A stretch of DNA of 63,242 nucleotides from a virus (Duplodnaviria > Caudoviricetes). The notes under the pieces are model-generated. The model did not search any database. It was not told the DNA's origin and worked only from the letters and a program-made list of their open reading frames with translations. This document shows positions 47,847 through 55,922 of the stretch, piece by piece (the stretch's first letter is position 1; each line of letters starts with the position of its first letter). Location: the IMG/VR virus record IMGVR_UViG_3300032294_001820, positions 1 through 63,242 of that record; one strand, given 5' to 3'. Both the position numbers and the translations under genes were made by a program.

Positions 47847-48625
47847 TTCAATTTCGGGTTAACTCTCAATGATTTCTTCCAGTCCAAGCCGGATGGGAGG
47901 GTGTGGTTAGATTTAAAATCAACTTGATTCCAAGTGCCTTCTCTTCCCATGTTGTGAAGTACACCATACCAGCGACCTTTTCCGATTTCATCAAAACAAT
48001 GCACATTAGCCCAATCCGGAGCCTTCTCCCAATCCACCTGATACGGGTCGGGTTCAGAGTTGCGTAATGATTCAGCCGTTCTAATTATTTCGTCAAGTTC
48101 GGTTTGCGTTGCAATTACATTGTGTTCCTGATGCAATAGGTTAAACAATGGCTGATAATATTCAGCAACTTCCTGTATTGGTTTAGCCGTAACCGATTCG
48201 TGTACGCTGATGTGGTATTGGATAGGTCGGATGGGGCGGTAGCGGTTAGTGGATGGGATTGTAGGATTGTTCCAGATGTAACCAACTTGCATTTGCTCCG
48301 ATTCTGGCACACTCAAAATTATCTCCACCTTCACCCACTTCTCCGCATCTTCCTCGGTGCAGAACTCGTAGCCTTCTGGGAGTAAATGGGTGTAATCGGG
48401 TTCTGAACTATTCGGTTTTTCCGAATGGTTCAACTTCCCAAAATTATTCGGAATGTGCTGTTCGGCTAAGTGTGCCTCGATTCGCTCAATCCTTAATTGA
48501 AGTCTGTCAATTTGTTCCTGTTTTTTCCCCATTGGTTTAATTATATTAATGATTTCCTGCATATCTGAATCGGTTGCAATCAACCCCAATTCATGTAGAT
48601 AGTTAAATAGTTTTTGGTTTTTCAT
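47843..48625 (-). CDS. Mosaic hypothetical protein
   Basis: 260 aa with an internal repeat LFNxLH...IATxxxxxEII and a C-terminal VDWEKAPDWA module. Confidence 0.65.
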   Translation of the reverse strand: MKNQKLFNYLHELGLIATDSDMQEIINIIKPMGKKQEQIDRLQLRIERIEAHLAEQHIPNNFGKLNHSEKPNSSEPDYTHLLPEGYEFCTEEDAEKWVKVEIILSVPESEQMQVGYIWNNPTIPSTNRYRPIRPIQYHISVHESVTAKPIQEVAEYYQPLFNLLHQEHNVIATQTELDEIIRTAESLRNSEPDPYQVDWEKAPDWANVHCFDEIGKGRWYGVLHNMGREGTWNQVDFKSNHTLPSGLDWKKSLRVNPKLK

Positions 48626-48978
48626 GGTTTAAATAGATTGCTGGTGATTTTCAAAAGTGAAGGATACCTCCAATTATGCAAGTGCCAAAACTCGCCATTG
48701 CTATTCTCGACAACAAATGAACCATTTCTATATAAAACCTCTCCCAAAACCTCTCCTGTTATTCTTACTCGCATTCCTTCAAATATTTTATCTGCATTTT
48801 TATCGCACAACCCCGTAAACTGCCCAACGCTGTCGGGGTGAACGGGGATAATATCAGTTAGGCTATTTATTTCAATTGGAAGAATCCATTTTTTATTTAT
48901 CTCACATTGAATCAAATCACCCTCAACCCACTTGTTTAGGCTTTCTGAGAAGCCTCTAAATAGTATTATTCTTTTCAT
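48622..48978 (-). CDS. YopX-family protein
   Basis: ILFRG...WVEGDL...VGQFTGLCDKN..KIFEG motif. Confidence 0.85.
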   Translation of the reverse strand: MKRIILFRGFSESLNKWVEGDLIQCEINKKWILPIEINSLTDIIPVHPDSVGQFTGLCDKNADKIFEGMRVRITGEVLGEVLYRNGSFVVENSNGEFWHLHNWRYPSLLKITSNLFKP

Positions 48979-48986
48979 ACTCCTTT

Positions 48987-49019
48987 TACGCTTACTTACT
49001 CGGTTTTGTTACAAATGTA
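48987..49019 (-). promoter_or_regulatory. ECF-like promoter (48987-49012) plus TACATTTG box (49012-49019)
   Basis: GTAAC-N17-CGTA followed by AAAGGAGTATG. Confidence 0.65.
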
Positions 49020-49071
49020 AGTTGTTGATGTTCATATGTGAATTATGGTAGTATTGCGTATATTTATTGTT
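49018..49071 (+). other. attI-like landing pad B
   Basis: IHF-like box (CATCAACAACTTA on minus, 49018-49030), N23, TTGCGTA, N6, TTG^TT. Confidence 0.6.
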
Positions 49072-49822
49072 AGCGGAAAGCATTAGCACCCTGCTTATCA
49101 TTGAACATTTTTACCCTTTGTTCGTCAATTTCGTATGCTATAAAATTCCTATTTAATTCTTGACAAACTTCGCCAACTATTCCACTCCCAAAAAACGGGT
49201 CTAAAACTATCCCATTATCAGGGCAAAAGCATTTAATAAGTATCTGTATTAAATCTTTCGGCTTTGCAGGTATTTTTCCCGTATGTGGCTTATTAAAATG
49301 ATAGTGGTCTCTTATCCAAGTTCCTTCATCTGATTTATCAAATTGCCTTCCTTCCGCTTTGTAGTCTCCAAATACCTTACTACTTCGCTTCATTGATTTT
49401 GTGCCTTCATTGTAATCTAATCCAGTTCTTACATCTACATAAAAGTCTTTGCTCAATGTAAGCCAAAAAATTTTTTGGAAGGATACAAGTGGCATTCGCT
49501 TACTTACCCAAGCACCACCATTTGAAAAACTCCAAATAATTTCACGCCTAAATATGTGGTTTACTTCGTTCCGCAATTCGTAATCAAATGGTTGCTTAGT
49601 GAAGCAAATAATATTTCCAGTTAGTTTTGTAACCCTTACTGCTTGACAAATTAAACCTTCTTCGCAAAGTTTATCCCAATCCTGATAATCGGGGTCTAAT
49701 ATTGTTAAGTCAATACTATGGTCATCTAAATCGCAAATTAAATCCATTGCGTTACCGAGAATTAACCCATGCCTTCCGCTAACATCGGTTTGGCAAAATG
49801 GGGGCTGACTGCTTTCTATCAT
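49070..49822 (-). CDS. DNA N6-adenine / N4-cytosine methyltransferase (beta class, DPDY variant)
   Basis: ILDPDY, PAKPKDL and VLDPFFGSG motifs. Confidence 0.85.
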   Translation of the reverse strand: MIESSQPPFCQTDVSGRHGLILGNAMDLICDLDDHSIDLTILDPDYQDWDKLCEEGLICQAVRVTKLTGNIICFTKQPFDYELRNEVNHIFRREIIWSFSNGGAWVSKRMPLVSFQKIFWLTLSKDFYVDVRTGLDYNEGTKSMKRSSKVFGDYKAEGRQFDKSDEGTWIRDHYHFNKPHTGKIPAKPKDLIQILIKCFCPDNGIVLDPFFGSGIVGEVCQELNRNFIAYEIDEQRVKMFNDKQGANAFR

Positions 49823-49902
49823 CTTTTATCTGTTATTGAACATTAGTAATTCTAATCGGCTTTTGTTGGTATAATTCCCCCACTTCGCCAAGCCCGAAAA
49901 CG
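49070..49902. mobile_element. Integron-like gene cassette 3 (833 bp)
   Basis: Start GTTAGCGGAAAGCAT (49069) matches the reverse complement of ATGCCTTCCGCTAAC (49769-49783) at 14/15. Confidence 0.8.
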
Positions 49903-49908
49903 TTATTC
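49771..49908 (+). repeat. attC-like site 3
   Basis: Same AAC-to-GTT length as attC1 (124 nt); shares TTTGGCAAAA and CTTCGCCAAGCCCGAAAACGTTAT, with compensatory changes in the stem. Confidence 0.8.
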
Positions 49909-50211
49909 CTCCATCGCCTTCCTTGCAATATTTTCCCGGAACAAATCTTTCCTACTGCAATACAAATCCCACATAGCCATTTCTTGCGAAGTTATCTGGT
50001 CAATGACCAAATCTGTTTGATGAATTGAAACCAAATATAACGCCTTGTTAGTGATTGCTTCTTTCCGCCAATACATTTCATTGGTTTTGGAAATATCTCG
50101 CCGTGTTGAGGCTGTAATCCACGCTACGATTAATCCGGCACAGATAAAGGTCATCAGGTAGAATCCGAACTTGTAATAAAATCGGTAGGTATAGGAGGAG
50201 GGCATTTTCAT
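49903..50211 (-). CDS. Single-TM hypothetical protein
   Basis: FYLMTFICAGLIVAWI; its TAA stop forms the GTT core that closes array B. Confidence 0.6.
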   Translation of the reverse strand: MKMPSSYTYRFYYKFGFYLMTFICAGLIVAWITASTRRDISKTNEMYWRKEAITNKALYLVSIHQTDLVIDQITSQEMAMWDLYCSRKDLFRENIARKAMEE

Positions 50212-50468
50212 AATTCGTCCTGTGTGTTGTTTGGTGTTAAATTATACCTGTTTAAATAATCCACTCCGATATGAGGCACATTGTCCCTTATGTAGAATTG
50301 GCAGAATTTAATTTGCACGGCTTTGAGGTCGCTGTACGGCACTAATTCGATTCCAGATTTATTACTTGCAATCATCCGGTAAAGCATGATTTTTAGATTC
50401 TCGTTCTCGTATTGTAACGATTCGAGGCGTTTCTCTAATTCCTGAACTTGTTGGGATAGTTTGGTCAT
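50208..50468 (-). CDS. Hypothetical coiled-coil protein
   Basis: 86 aa with ATGA overlaps. Confidence 0.6.
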   Translation of the reverse strand: MTKLSQQVQELEKRLESLQYENENLKIMLYRMIASNKSGIELVPYSDLKAVQIKFCQFYIRDNVPHIGVDYLNRYNLTPNNTQDEL

Positions 50469-50968
50469 ACTATCACCCCCATGCTTTCCTTAATTCCTTC
50501 CGAAATCGTCTGGTTGACTACGGGGTAAGTGAGTTCGTGGATGTCGAATTGATTATTATTCGCTATAAACCTAATTAACATTTTTCTTCTCGGTCTTTCC
50601 CAATTAACTTTTTTTAGTTCATTGTAGAGATTATCCATAGCGTAATACATACCACGATTAAACAACATTTCCAACATAGCCCATGGTCTTACATCGTATA
50701 GTTCAAACCTATTTACATCGTCCCTATCTTTCAGTTCCCAATCTTTCCGCCAATCAAGTGAATCATGGTTAAAATTATGCTGAACGGTCTTGACATTATT
50801 ATCCCGGTCAAACTGAACCAAGCACGGCTTACCGCCCGATTCGATTTGGAAATTCTTTAGTTGGTCGTAATTATCGAACTGGCAATACAAGGTCTGGCCG
50901 TTCGGTAAAATAGCCTCGGCAAGTGCTGGGCAGTCTTGGGGCGTTTCGTGAAGTTTGGTCATAATCAT
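50465..50968 (-). CDS. Hypothetical protein
   Basis: 167-aa ORF in a tightly packed operon. Confidence 0.6.
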   Translation of the reverse strand: MIMTKLHETPQDCPALAEAILPNGQTLYCQFDNYDQLKNFQIESGGKPCLVQFDRDNNVKTVQHNFNHDSLDWRKDWELKDRDDVNRFELYDVRPWAMLEMLFNRGMYYAMDNLYNELKKVNWERPRRKMLIRFIANNNQFDIHELTYPVVNQTISEGIKESMGVIV

Positions 50969-51397
50969 TTATACGGTTTTAGGTTCATTTTGTTTCACCA
51001 AGGTAGCCAACATTTTCAGAGCGTCTTTATCCCCGATTGAAATTAATCCGCTGAAATCGTCTCTGTGATGCATTACCGTAGTGTGGTCAATATACCCGAG
51101 CATATTGGCTGTGTCTTTCAGGCTCAAGTTATTCAACTCAGTTAGGTAGTAACACAATGCTTTTCGAATGTTTATAATTTTCCTCAGCCTACATTTTGAC
51201 CGGATGGATTCTGGAGTGAATCCGTAATATTTAAGCCATTCAGAAAGGTCTTCAATCTTTTGAATTTTCCGCTTCGATATGTCGGGAGCAAGTGCTTGCA
51301 ATCGTCTGCGTTGTTCCTCGTATATCATATCGCTCAATGCTTGGCTGACTGCTTGCTGTCCGCATAACTTTACGGCTCGGTGGTATGCGTTGCTCAT
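50969..51397 (-). CDS. DnaA C-terminal-like HTH protein
   Basis: SKCRLRKI...RKALCYY...LSLKDTANMLGYIDHTTVMH. Confidence 0.75.
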   Translation of the reverse strand: MSNAYHRAVKLCGQQAVSQALSDMIYEEQRRRLQALAPDISKRKIQKIEDLSEWLKYYGFTPESIRSKCRLRKIINIRKALCYYLTELNNLSLKDTANMLGYIDHTTVMHHRDDFSGLISIGDKDALKMLATLVKQNEPKTV

Positions 51398-51666
51398 ATC
51401 TCAAACACCTTAACAGCCTCAACCAAACTCAAATCTACCTTATCCAAGCCATGACAAATAGTGCTGGGATGTTGGTTGTAAATCGCACCTATCTCTTCAC
51501 AGGTCAATCCTTTTCGCCTGAGATTCCACGCAATCGCTCGTCTGATTGCAACTATCTCTCGGTATTGGATACCGCTCAGGATTAATTCTTTCGTTACTGG
51601 CATCCATGTGTCGGTAAGCCTATTTTGCTTATCTCGCAGTCGGTATTTTAATTGGTTCTCGTTCAT
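51394..51666 (-). CDS. DnaA C-terminal-like HTH protein
   Basis: REIVAIRRAIAWNLR..GLTCEEIGAIYNQHPSTICH. Confidence 0.7.
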   Translation of the reverse strand: MNENQLKYRLRDKQNRLTDTWMPVTKELILSGIQYREIVAIRRAIAWNLRRKGLTCEEIGAIYNQHPSTICHGLDKVDLSLVEAVKVFEI

Positions 51667-51857
51667 TTTATAGTTATCGTTATTTCCAAAATCTTAACTA
51701 TTTCCATCAGCCTCGGAACGCTCAAAGTCGTTATTTGTCGTTCCATTCTGGTGTACTGCTGTTTGGTCATGTGAAGTTTGTCTGCCATTTCATTTTGACT
51801 TAAACCGATTAATTTCCGAGTGGTTCGGATTTTGTGAATTAGTTCGGGGTAGGTCAT
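51663..51857 (-). CDS. XRE-family HTH regulator
   Basis: LSQNEMADKLHMTKQQYTRME motif. Confidence 0.8.
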   Translation of the reverse strand: MTYPELIHKIRTTRKLIGLSQNEMADKLHMTKQQYTRMERQITTLSVPRLMEIVKILEITITIK

Positions 51858-52054
51858 ATTCCATCCTCCATTTTAGATTTCCGTTCCTCGTCACCTCGGC
51901 TGTTGGCATCCCACCACGCCATGGTTTCAATGTCCATTGTTTCTTCTGGAATGTCGTGGTGCGGGCATCTGCCTTTTTCTTCACAGCACCCAACTACATT
52001 ACAGCAGTTACCATCGCATTCACCGTTTAAGCATTTTACTTCATTAGTTTCCAT
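51854..52054 (-). CDS. Small Cys-rich hypothetical protein
   Basis: 66 aa, overlapping both neighbours at start and stop. Confidence 0.5.
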   Translation of the reverse strand: METNEVKCLNGECDGNCCNVVGCCEEKGRCPHHDIPEETMDIETMAWWDANSRGDEERKSKMEDGI

Positions 52055-52325
52055 CCTTAATCTCCTTTCCTATTGTGATAACAATGTACTCCGAGTGAAT
52101 CTTACGCTTAACCTGGGTCTTCTTGCACTCAATGATCCAATCATACTTATGCCTCAATTCATAAACCCTTGCACCAAGTCGGTAAATTCCAAGTTCCTTC
52201 AAAGCTTGCATAGGATTAATCTTCTTATGCACCCGAAGGTAACTCGCAAGTCTTTGAACGCCTATATTATCCTCATTAGAGTAGGTGTTTACATCTGCTT
52301 GCATTTGCGTGTATCCTGTTTCCAT
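52044..52325 (-). CDS. Winged-helix protein
   Basis: INPMQALKELGIYRLGARVYELR motif typical of phage wHTH proteins. Confidence 0.7.
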   Translation of the reverse strand: METGYTQMQADVNTYSNEDNIGVQRLASYLRVHKKINPMQALKELGIYRLGARVYELRHKYDWIIECKKTQVKRKIHSEYIVITIGKEIKDGN

Positions 52326-52423
52326 GTGATTTAATTGGTTTTAATTGATTAAACTTATTTTCTCCTCCTCCGACCAATGCTCGGATGAACCTAATCACCC
52401 GAAGCACGGTCCTATTTGGAGTA

Positions 52424-53236
52424 TTAATTGTCTGGAGTAATATCTAACGGAAGTTCTCCATTGTTTGTTTCAGGTTGTTCTTGTTGCTGAACAAACAACT
52501 CATTCAAATTAGGCTTCTCAACAATGAACTGCTGATTATCCAAGTCAATTACATTGCTAATCTGCTCAGACTTCGGCAAATACTTGTAGTGCCTCTTAAT
52601 TACGGTTTTCTTCCGCATTTCATCAGCCCAATTACTTTCCTGCCAAGGACTATATTGAGAGTTTGCACCATCACTTTTACTTTTAATCTTCTCTAACTCC
52701 CATCCAGGCATAAACTCATAATCAAGGCTTCCATCTGCTAATGTAGCACAGGAATATGCCCCAATTACTTTCCTTGCCATGTGTTCCTTCTCGGTTTCAG
52801 CATATCTTTGCTCATGTACTACGACCATTCTCGTACTTGCATTGTACTCAAATTGTTCATCGTCATAAACAACTACTGCTGATACCTTCTTTACGCTTCC
52901 TGAATCAGTAAGAATCTTTGTCAAACCCATATAAGAAGGGTCAAGTACGGCTTTCCCTTTGCGTGGGATAAGATATGCCAACTTCATTGCAGGATTCAAT
53001 GTAAGCCCTGTAAATGCGATATTCTCAACAGCACTACGAATGCTCACTAAATCAACATTCTGCCACCCTTTAGGATTGTTCTGAATAATTTGCAAGGCAA
53101 AGTTAGCCTCCTTGACAAATGTTTCCTGTGGCATTACGGATAGGAACCTCGCTTTTGCTGCTGCGATAGCCTCTGAAGGGGTAGTGATTTTTGCAGGTTT
53201 ATTTTCCTGCTTCTGAATTGCGTTTGTTTCTGACAT
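52424..53236 (-). CDS. recT: RecT-family ssDNA annealing protein
   Basis: GLTLNP...AYLIPR...SYMGL, SPW...EMRKKTVIKR..KYLPKS. Confidence 0.9.
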   Translation of the reverse strand: MSETNAIQKQENKPAKITTPSEAIAAAKARFLSVMPQETFVKEANFALQIIQNNPKGWQNVDLVSIRSAVENIAFTGLTLNPAMKLAYLIPRKGKAVLDPSYMGLTKILTDSGSVKKVSAVVVYDDEQFEYNASTRMVVVHEQRYAETEKEHMARKVIGAYSCATLADGSLDYEFMPGWELEKIKSKSDGANSQYSPWQESNWADEMRKKTVIKRHYKYLPKSEQISNVIDLDNQQFIVEKPNLNELFVQQQEQPETNNGELPLDITPDN

Positions 53237-53251
53237 GATTATTGGTTTAAA

Positions 53252-54130
53252 TTAAAGTTCTACTAATCCAAATTCGTTTGTGGCAAAGTATTCTACTCCT
53301 GGCCATTTAACACCCTCCATCCAAGGTTCTCCAAACTTATCAAGGCAATCACGATAAATCTGCTTCGCACGAGTGTAAATAGTCTTTCCTGCACTAACAG
53401 AATAATCCTGCCAAACAGAGTTAAATTCACCTGGAGATTGTGGCACCAAGAAAAATCCGTTCTGTTGGCTTTCTTTATGACATCCAATTACGATATGATA
53501 CTTGGTTTCGATACCCATTGTTACCTCTACGGCTTCGGTATAAACTGCTAATTGAGCATGAATAAGCCTATCTCTGTGCTTAATGTAGGTTTTCATACTT
53601 TCAATATCAATGTCGGGTAGTTTCTTTAAGTCGCCTATTACAGCAAATCCTGAAACAACTTTGAACAAATCCACTTTGCCTTTCATGGGAATATTGTACT
53701 CAGTGTCTATCCAATGAAATTCCTTCTCTACTTCGGCATCGCTGAATAGTTGCTGATAGATTGGAGATTTACGAACATTTCCTGCGGTACTCATAATTTC
53801 ATCCCAATCTTCTTGTTTGATAATTGGAGTTACTTTATCGAGTTCGCATTGATTTAGAAATTCATCCCGGATGCCTTTGTTTACTGCGGATCGAAATTCA
53901 ATCTTACCTTCTTTGTTGCGTTCAAGCCTTGTGTCTGCAAGTAGTCTGAATCTATTAAAGATTTCAGTTTGTTCCATTGTTGCTGTATGGATAAACTGCC
54001 CGTGGTTCATTGCTTCTGTGGTTTCGATGCCATTAAGCAGGTAGTATTGGTAGTGTGCAGGACTTTTCAGAATATGCTTTATTCCTGAACTGCTGAAACG
54101 GGTTTTGTCTGAGTAATATATTTGGCTCAT
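53252..54130 (-). CDS. RecE / exonuclease VIII-like PD-(D/E)XK nuclease
   Basis: SSSGIK...SPAHY, KGKVD...GDLK, QLAVY; adjacent to recT. Confidence 0.8.
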   Translation of the reverse strand: MSQIYYSDKTRFSSSGIKHILKSPAHYQYYLLNGIETTEAMNHGQFIHTATMEQTEIFNRFRLLADTRLERNKEGKIEFRSAVNKGIRDEFLNQCELDKVTPIIKQEDWDEIMSTAGNVRKSPIYQQLFSDAEVEKEFHWIDTEYNIPMKGKVDLFKVVSGFAVIGDLKKLPDIDIESMKTYIKHRDRLIHAQLAVYTEAVEVTMGIETKYHIVIGCHKESQQNGFFLVPQSPGEFNSVWQDYSVSAGKTIYTRAKQIYRDCLDKFGEPWMEGVKWPGVEYFATNEFGLVEL

Positions 54131-54138
54131 GGGTCAAT

Positions 54139-55311
54139 TTACTTAGTTGACTTTGCCCAATTTTTAAACGCTTCGAACTTAGCATTGATTTCCTGAACTC
54201 TTGCTTGTCCCTTTGCGGTATATCCTCCTCCGGGAATTGCTGGGAGTTCAAAAGATTCAATCCAAGTCAGGATTCGTTGCTTTTCTCCCTGTGAGGCAAT
54301 TGCTTCGGCTTCTGCAAGTCTATCAGCCTCCTCTTTGGATTTGGCTTCCATAAGGGCTTGTTCTGCTTTCTTCAATGCGTAAAGTTGGTCAATTGCTTTT
54401 TGAGTTGCTTCTTGTTCCGCTTTGAGTTTAGCATCTGCCTCGGCTTTCAACTTAGCCTGAGCCTCCTCATTTTCCTTACGGAGTTTTTCGGCTTTGGCAT
54501 CGGCTTCGTCCTGAATACGCTTCTTTTCGGCTTCGGCTAATCTTTGCTTCTCCTCAGCCTCCTTTTGAAGCCTTTCATTTTCGGCTTTGATTTGGGCTTG
54601 TTGGGCATCATAAGCATCCTTTTTGGACTTGGATTCAACGCCTAATTTGACAAAATCCTCCTCAGTGATTTCCCCGAAATAGTGGCTATCAAACTCCGGG
54701 ATAAAATCAGCATACCGGGATAACCGAGATTTCCGGTCATTATGTAAGGTATCCTTGCGTTGCTTTTCTTCCGCTTCTTTACGGGCTATTTCATCCTGCT
54801 CATATTTTGCCTTAACGCCTCCAAGGTACATTTCGAATTGGTCTTGCAACATCTGACCTAATCCCGGTATTTCTACCTGATTGTATTCAGCCAATAATGC
54901 AGACCTTTCAACTCTTCGTTTCTCAATCTGTTCTGCCTCCCATCTTTCAGCAAACTTCTCCTTTTCTTCGAGTTTGGTTTCGAGGTTCTTGAAAACGGCT
55001 TCCATAATTTGACCACTACGCAACCAAAGTTTATCCTCTAAGACATCATCTGCCATTCGGGATTTAACAATTTCTCGTTGGTTTTTAACAAGTTTTTCAG
55101 CCTCCAATCGAATGTTCTTTAACTGCAAACGACCTGTTTTCGCCAATGCCATTTTATCTGTTTGGCTTGGGTCGGTGATGACAATGGTTTCTACCTGTGA
55201 TTTCCATTCGTCTGCTTTGGCAAAAAATGGTTGAAGAATACCACTGACAATATTCTTCTTTTCTTCGGCAAGACTAAACTCCTGCAATACTTGTACTAAT
55301 TCTGTTGACAT
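54139..55311 (-). CDS. Long coiled-coil protein of the recombination module
   Basis: 390 aa, E/K/A-rich. Confidence 0.7.
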   Translation of the reverse strand: MSTELVQVLQEFSLAEEKKNIVSGILQPFFAKADEWKSQVETIVITDPSQTDKMALAKTGRLQLKNIRLEAEKLVKNQREIVKSRMADDVLEDKLWLRSGQIMEAVFKNLETKLEEKEKFAERWEAEQIEKRRVERSALLAEYNQVEIPGLGQMLQDQFEMYLGGVKAKYEQDEIARKEAEEKQRKDTLHNDRKSRLSRYADFIPEFDSHYFGEITEEDFVKLGVESKSKKDAYDAQQAQIKAENERLQKEAEEKQRLAEAEKKRIQDEADAKAEKLRKENEEAQAKLKAEADAKLKAEQEATQKAIDQLYALKKAEQALMEAKSKEEADRLAEAEAIASQGEKQRILTWIESFELPAIPGGGYTAKGQARVQEINAKFEAFKNWAKSTK

Positions 55312-55340
55312 AATTTAATTGATTTAATTACTTGTCCTTA

Positions 55341-55366
55341 TACGCAAAACAGATACTTGGGGTTAC
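55341..55366 (-). promoter_or_regulatory. ECF-sigma-like promoter GTAAC-N17-CGTA
   Basis: Intergenic, heads the recombination operon. Confidence 0.65.
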
Positions 55367-55367
55367 A

Positions 55368-55922
55368 TTAAACCCTCCCGGACAACATACTTAAAGCCCT
55401 GCTGAAATCTGCTGTCTTAAGACCGGCATAAAATACCGCTACCGCATCTGCTTTGTGTTCCTCCGTTGTTACCTGGGGCTTACCGGTTTTATCAAGTTTC
55501 CATTCAAGTTCAGGGTGCCGGTCAAATGCCCATGCAATCATATCAGCCTTACTTGCGGTCTTACTGCCTACTGTGGCTTTCTTTACCTCAATAGGAGTTA
55601 CCTCGATAGGGTTAGGTGTTAGGGTTGCTAACAAGAAGCAAGATACCCCATAAGACTTCATTCCGGAAGCACTTTGGCTACCACTTGGGGTTTCAGCAAA
55701 TATCAAATCCGGTTGGTGGATTTTAATATAATACTGCGTTGGTTCATATAATTCCCTACATCTTCCGATTAGGTCTGAACTTGCTCGAACTTGTTTAGAC
55801 TTGGTTTTCTCGGTATTCAGAGTTGTACTCCAAATCACTTTTGCGTCCATTGTCGCTACATCGAGTTCAAATAAAACCAATGCTGTGTGGCTCATACTTG
55901 GGTCAATACTTAGTATTTTCAT
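55368..55922 (-). CDS. ruvC: RuvC-like Holliday junction resolvase
   Basis: ILSIDPS, FAETP, VKKA..G...ASKADMI and HKADAVAV motifs. Confidence 0.8.
   Translation of the reverse strand: MKILSIDPSMSHTALVLFELDVATMDAKVIWSTTLNTEKTKSKQVRASSDLIGRCRELYEPTQYYIKIHQPDLIFAETPSGSQSASGMKSYGVSCFLLATLTPNPIEVTPIEVKKATVGSKTASKADMIAWAFDRHPELEWKLDKTGKPQVTTEEHKADAVAVFYAGLKTADFSRALSMLSGRV

Noticed and set aside
46675-49908. CRISPR array, or ordinary terminators/REP elements, as the explanation for the hairpin repeats
   Set aside because: Spacing is gene-sized, the loops are long, there is no U-tract, and each left core matches its own cassette start. That fits cassette recombination rather than CRISPR or termination.
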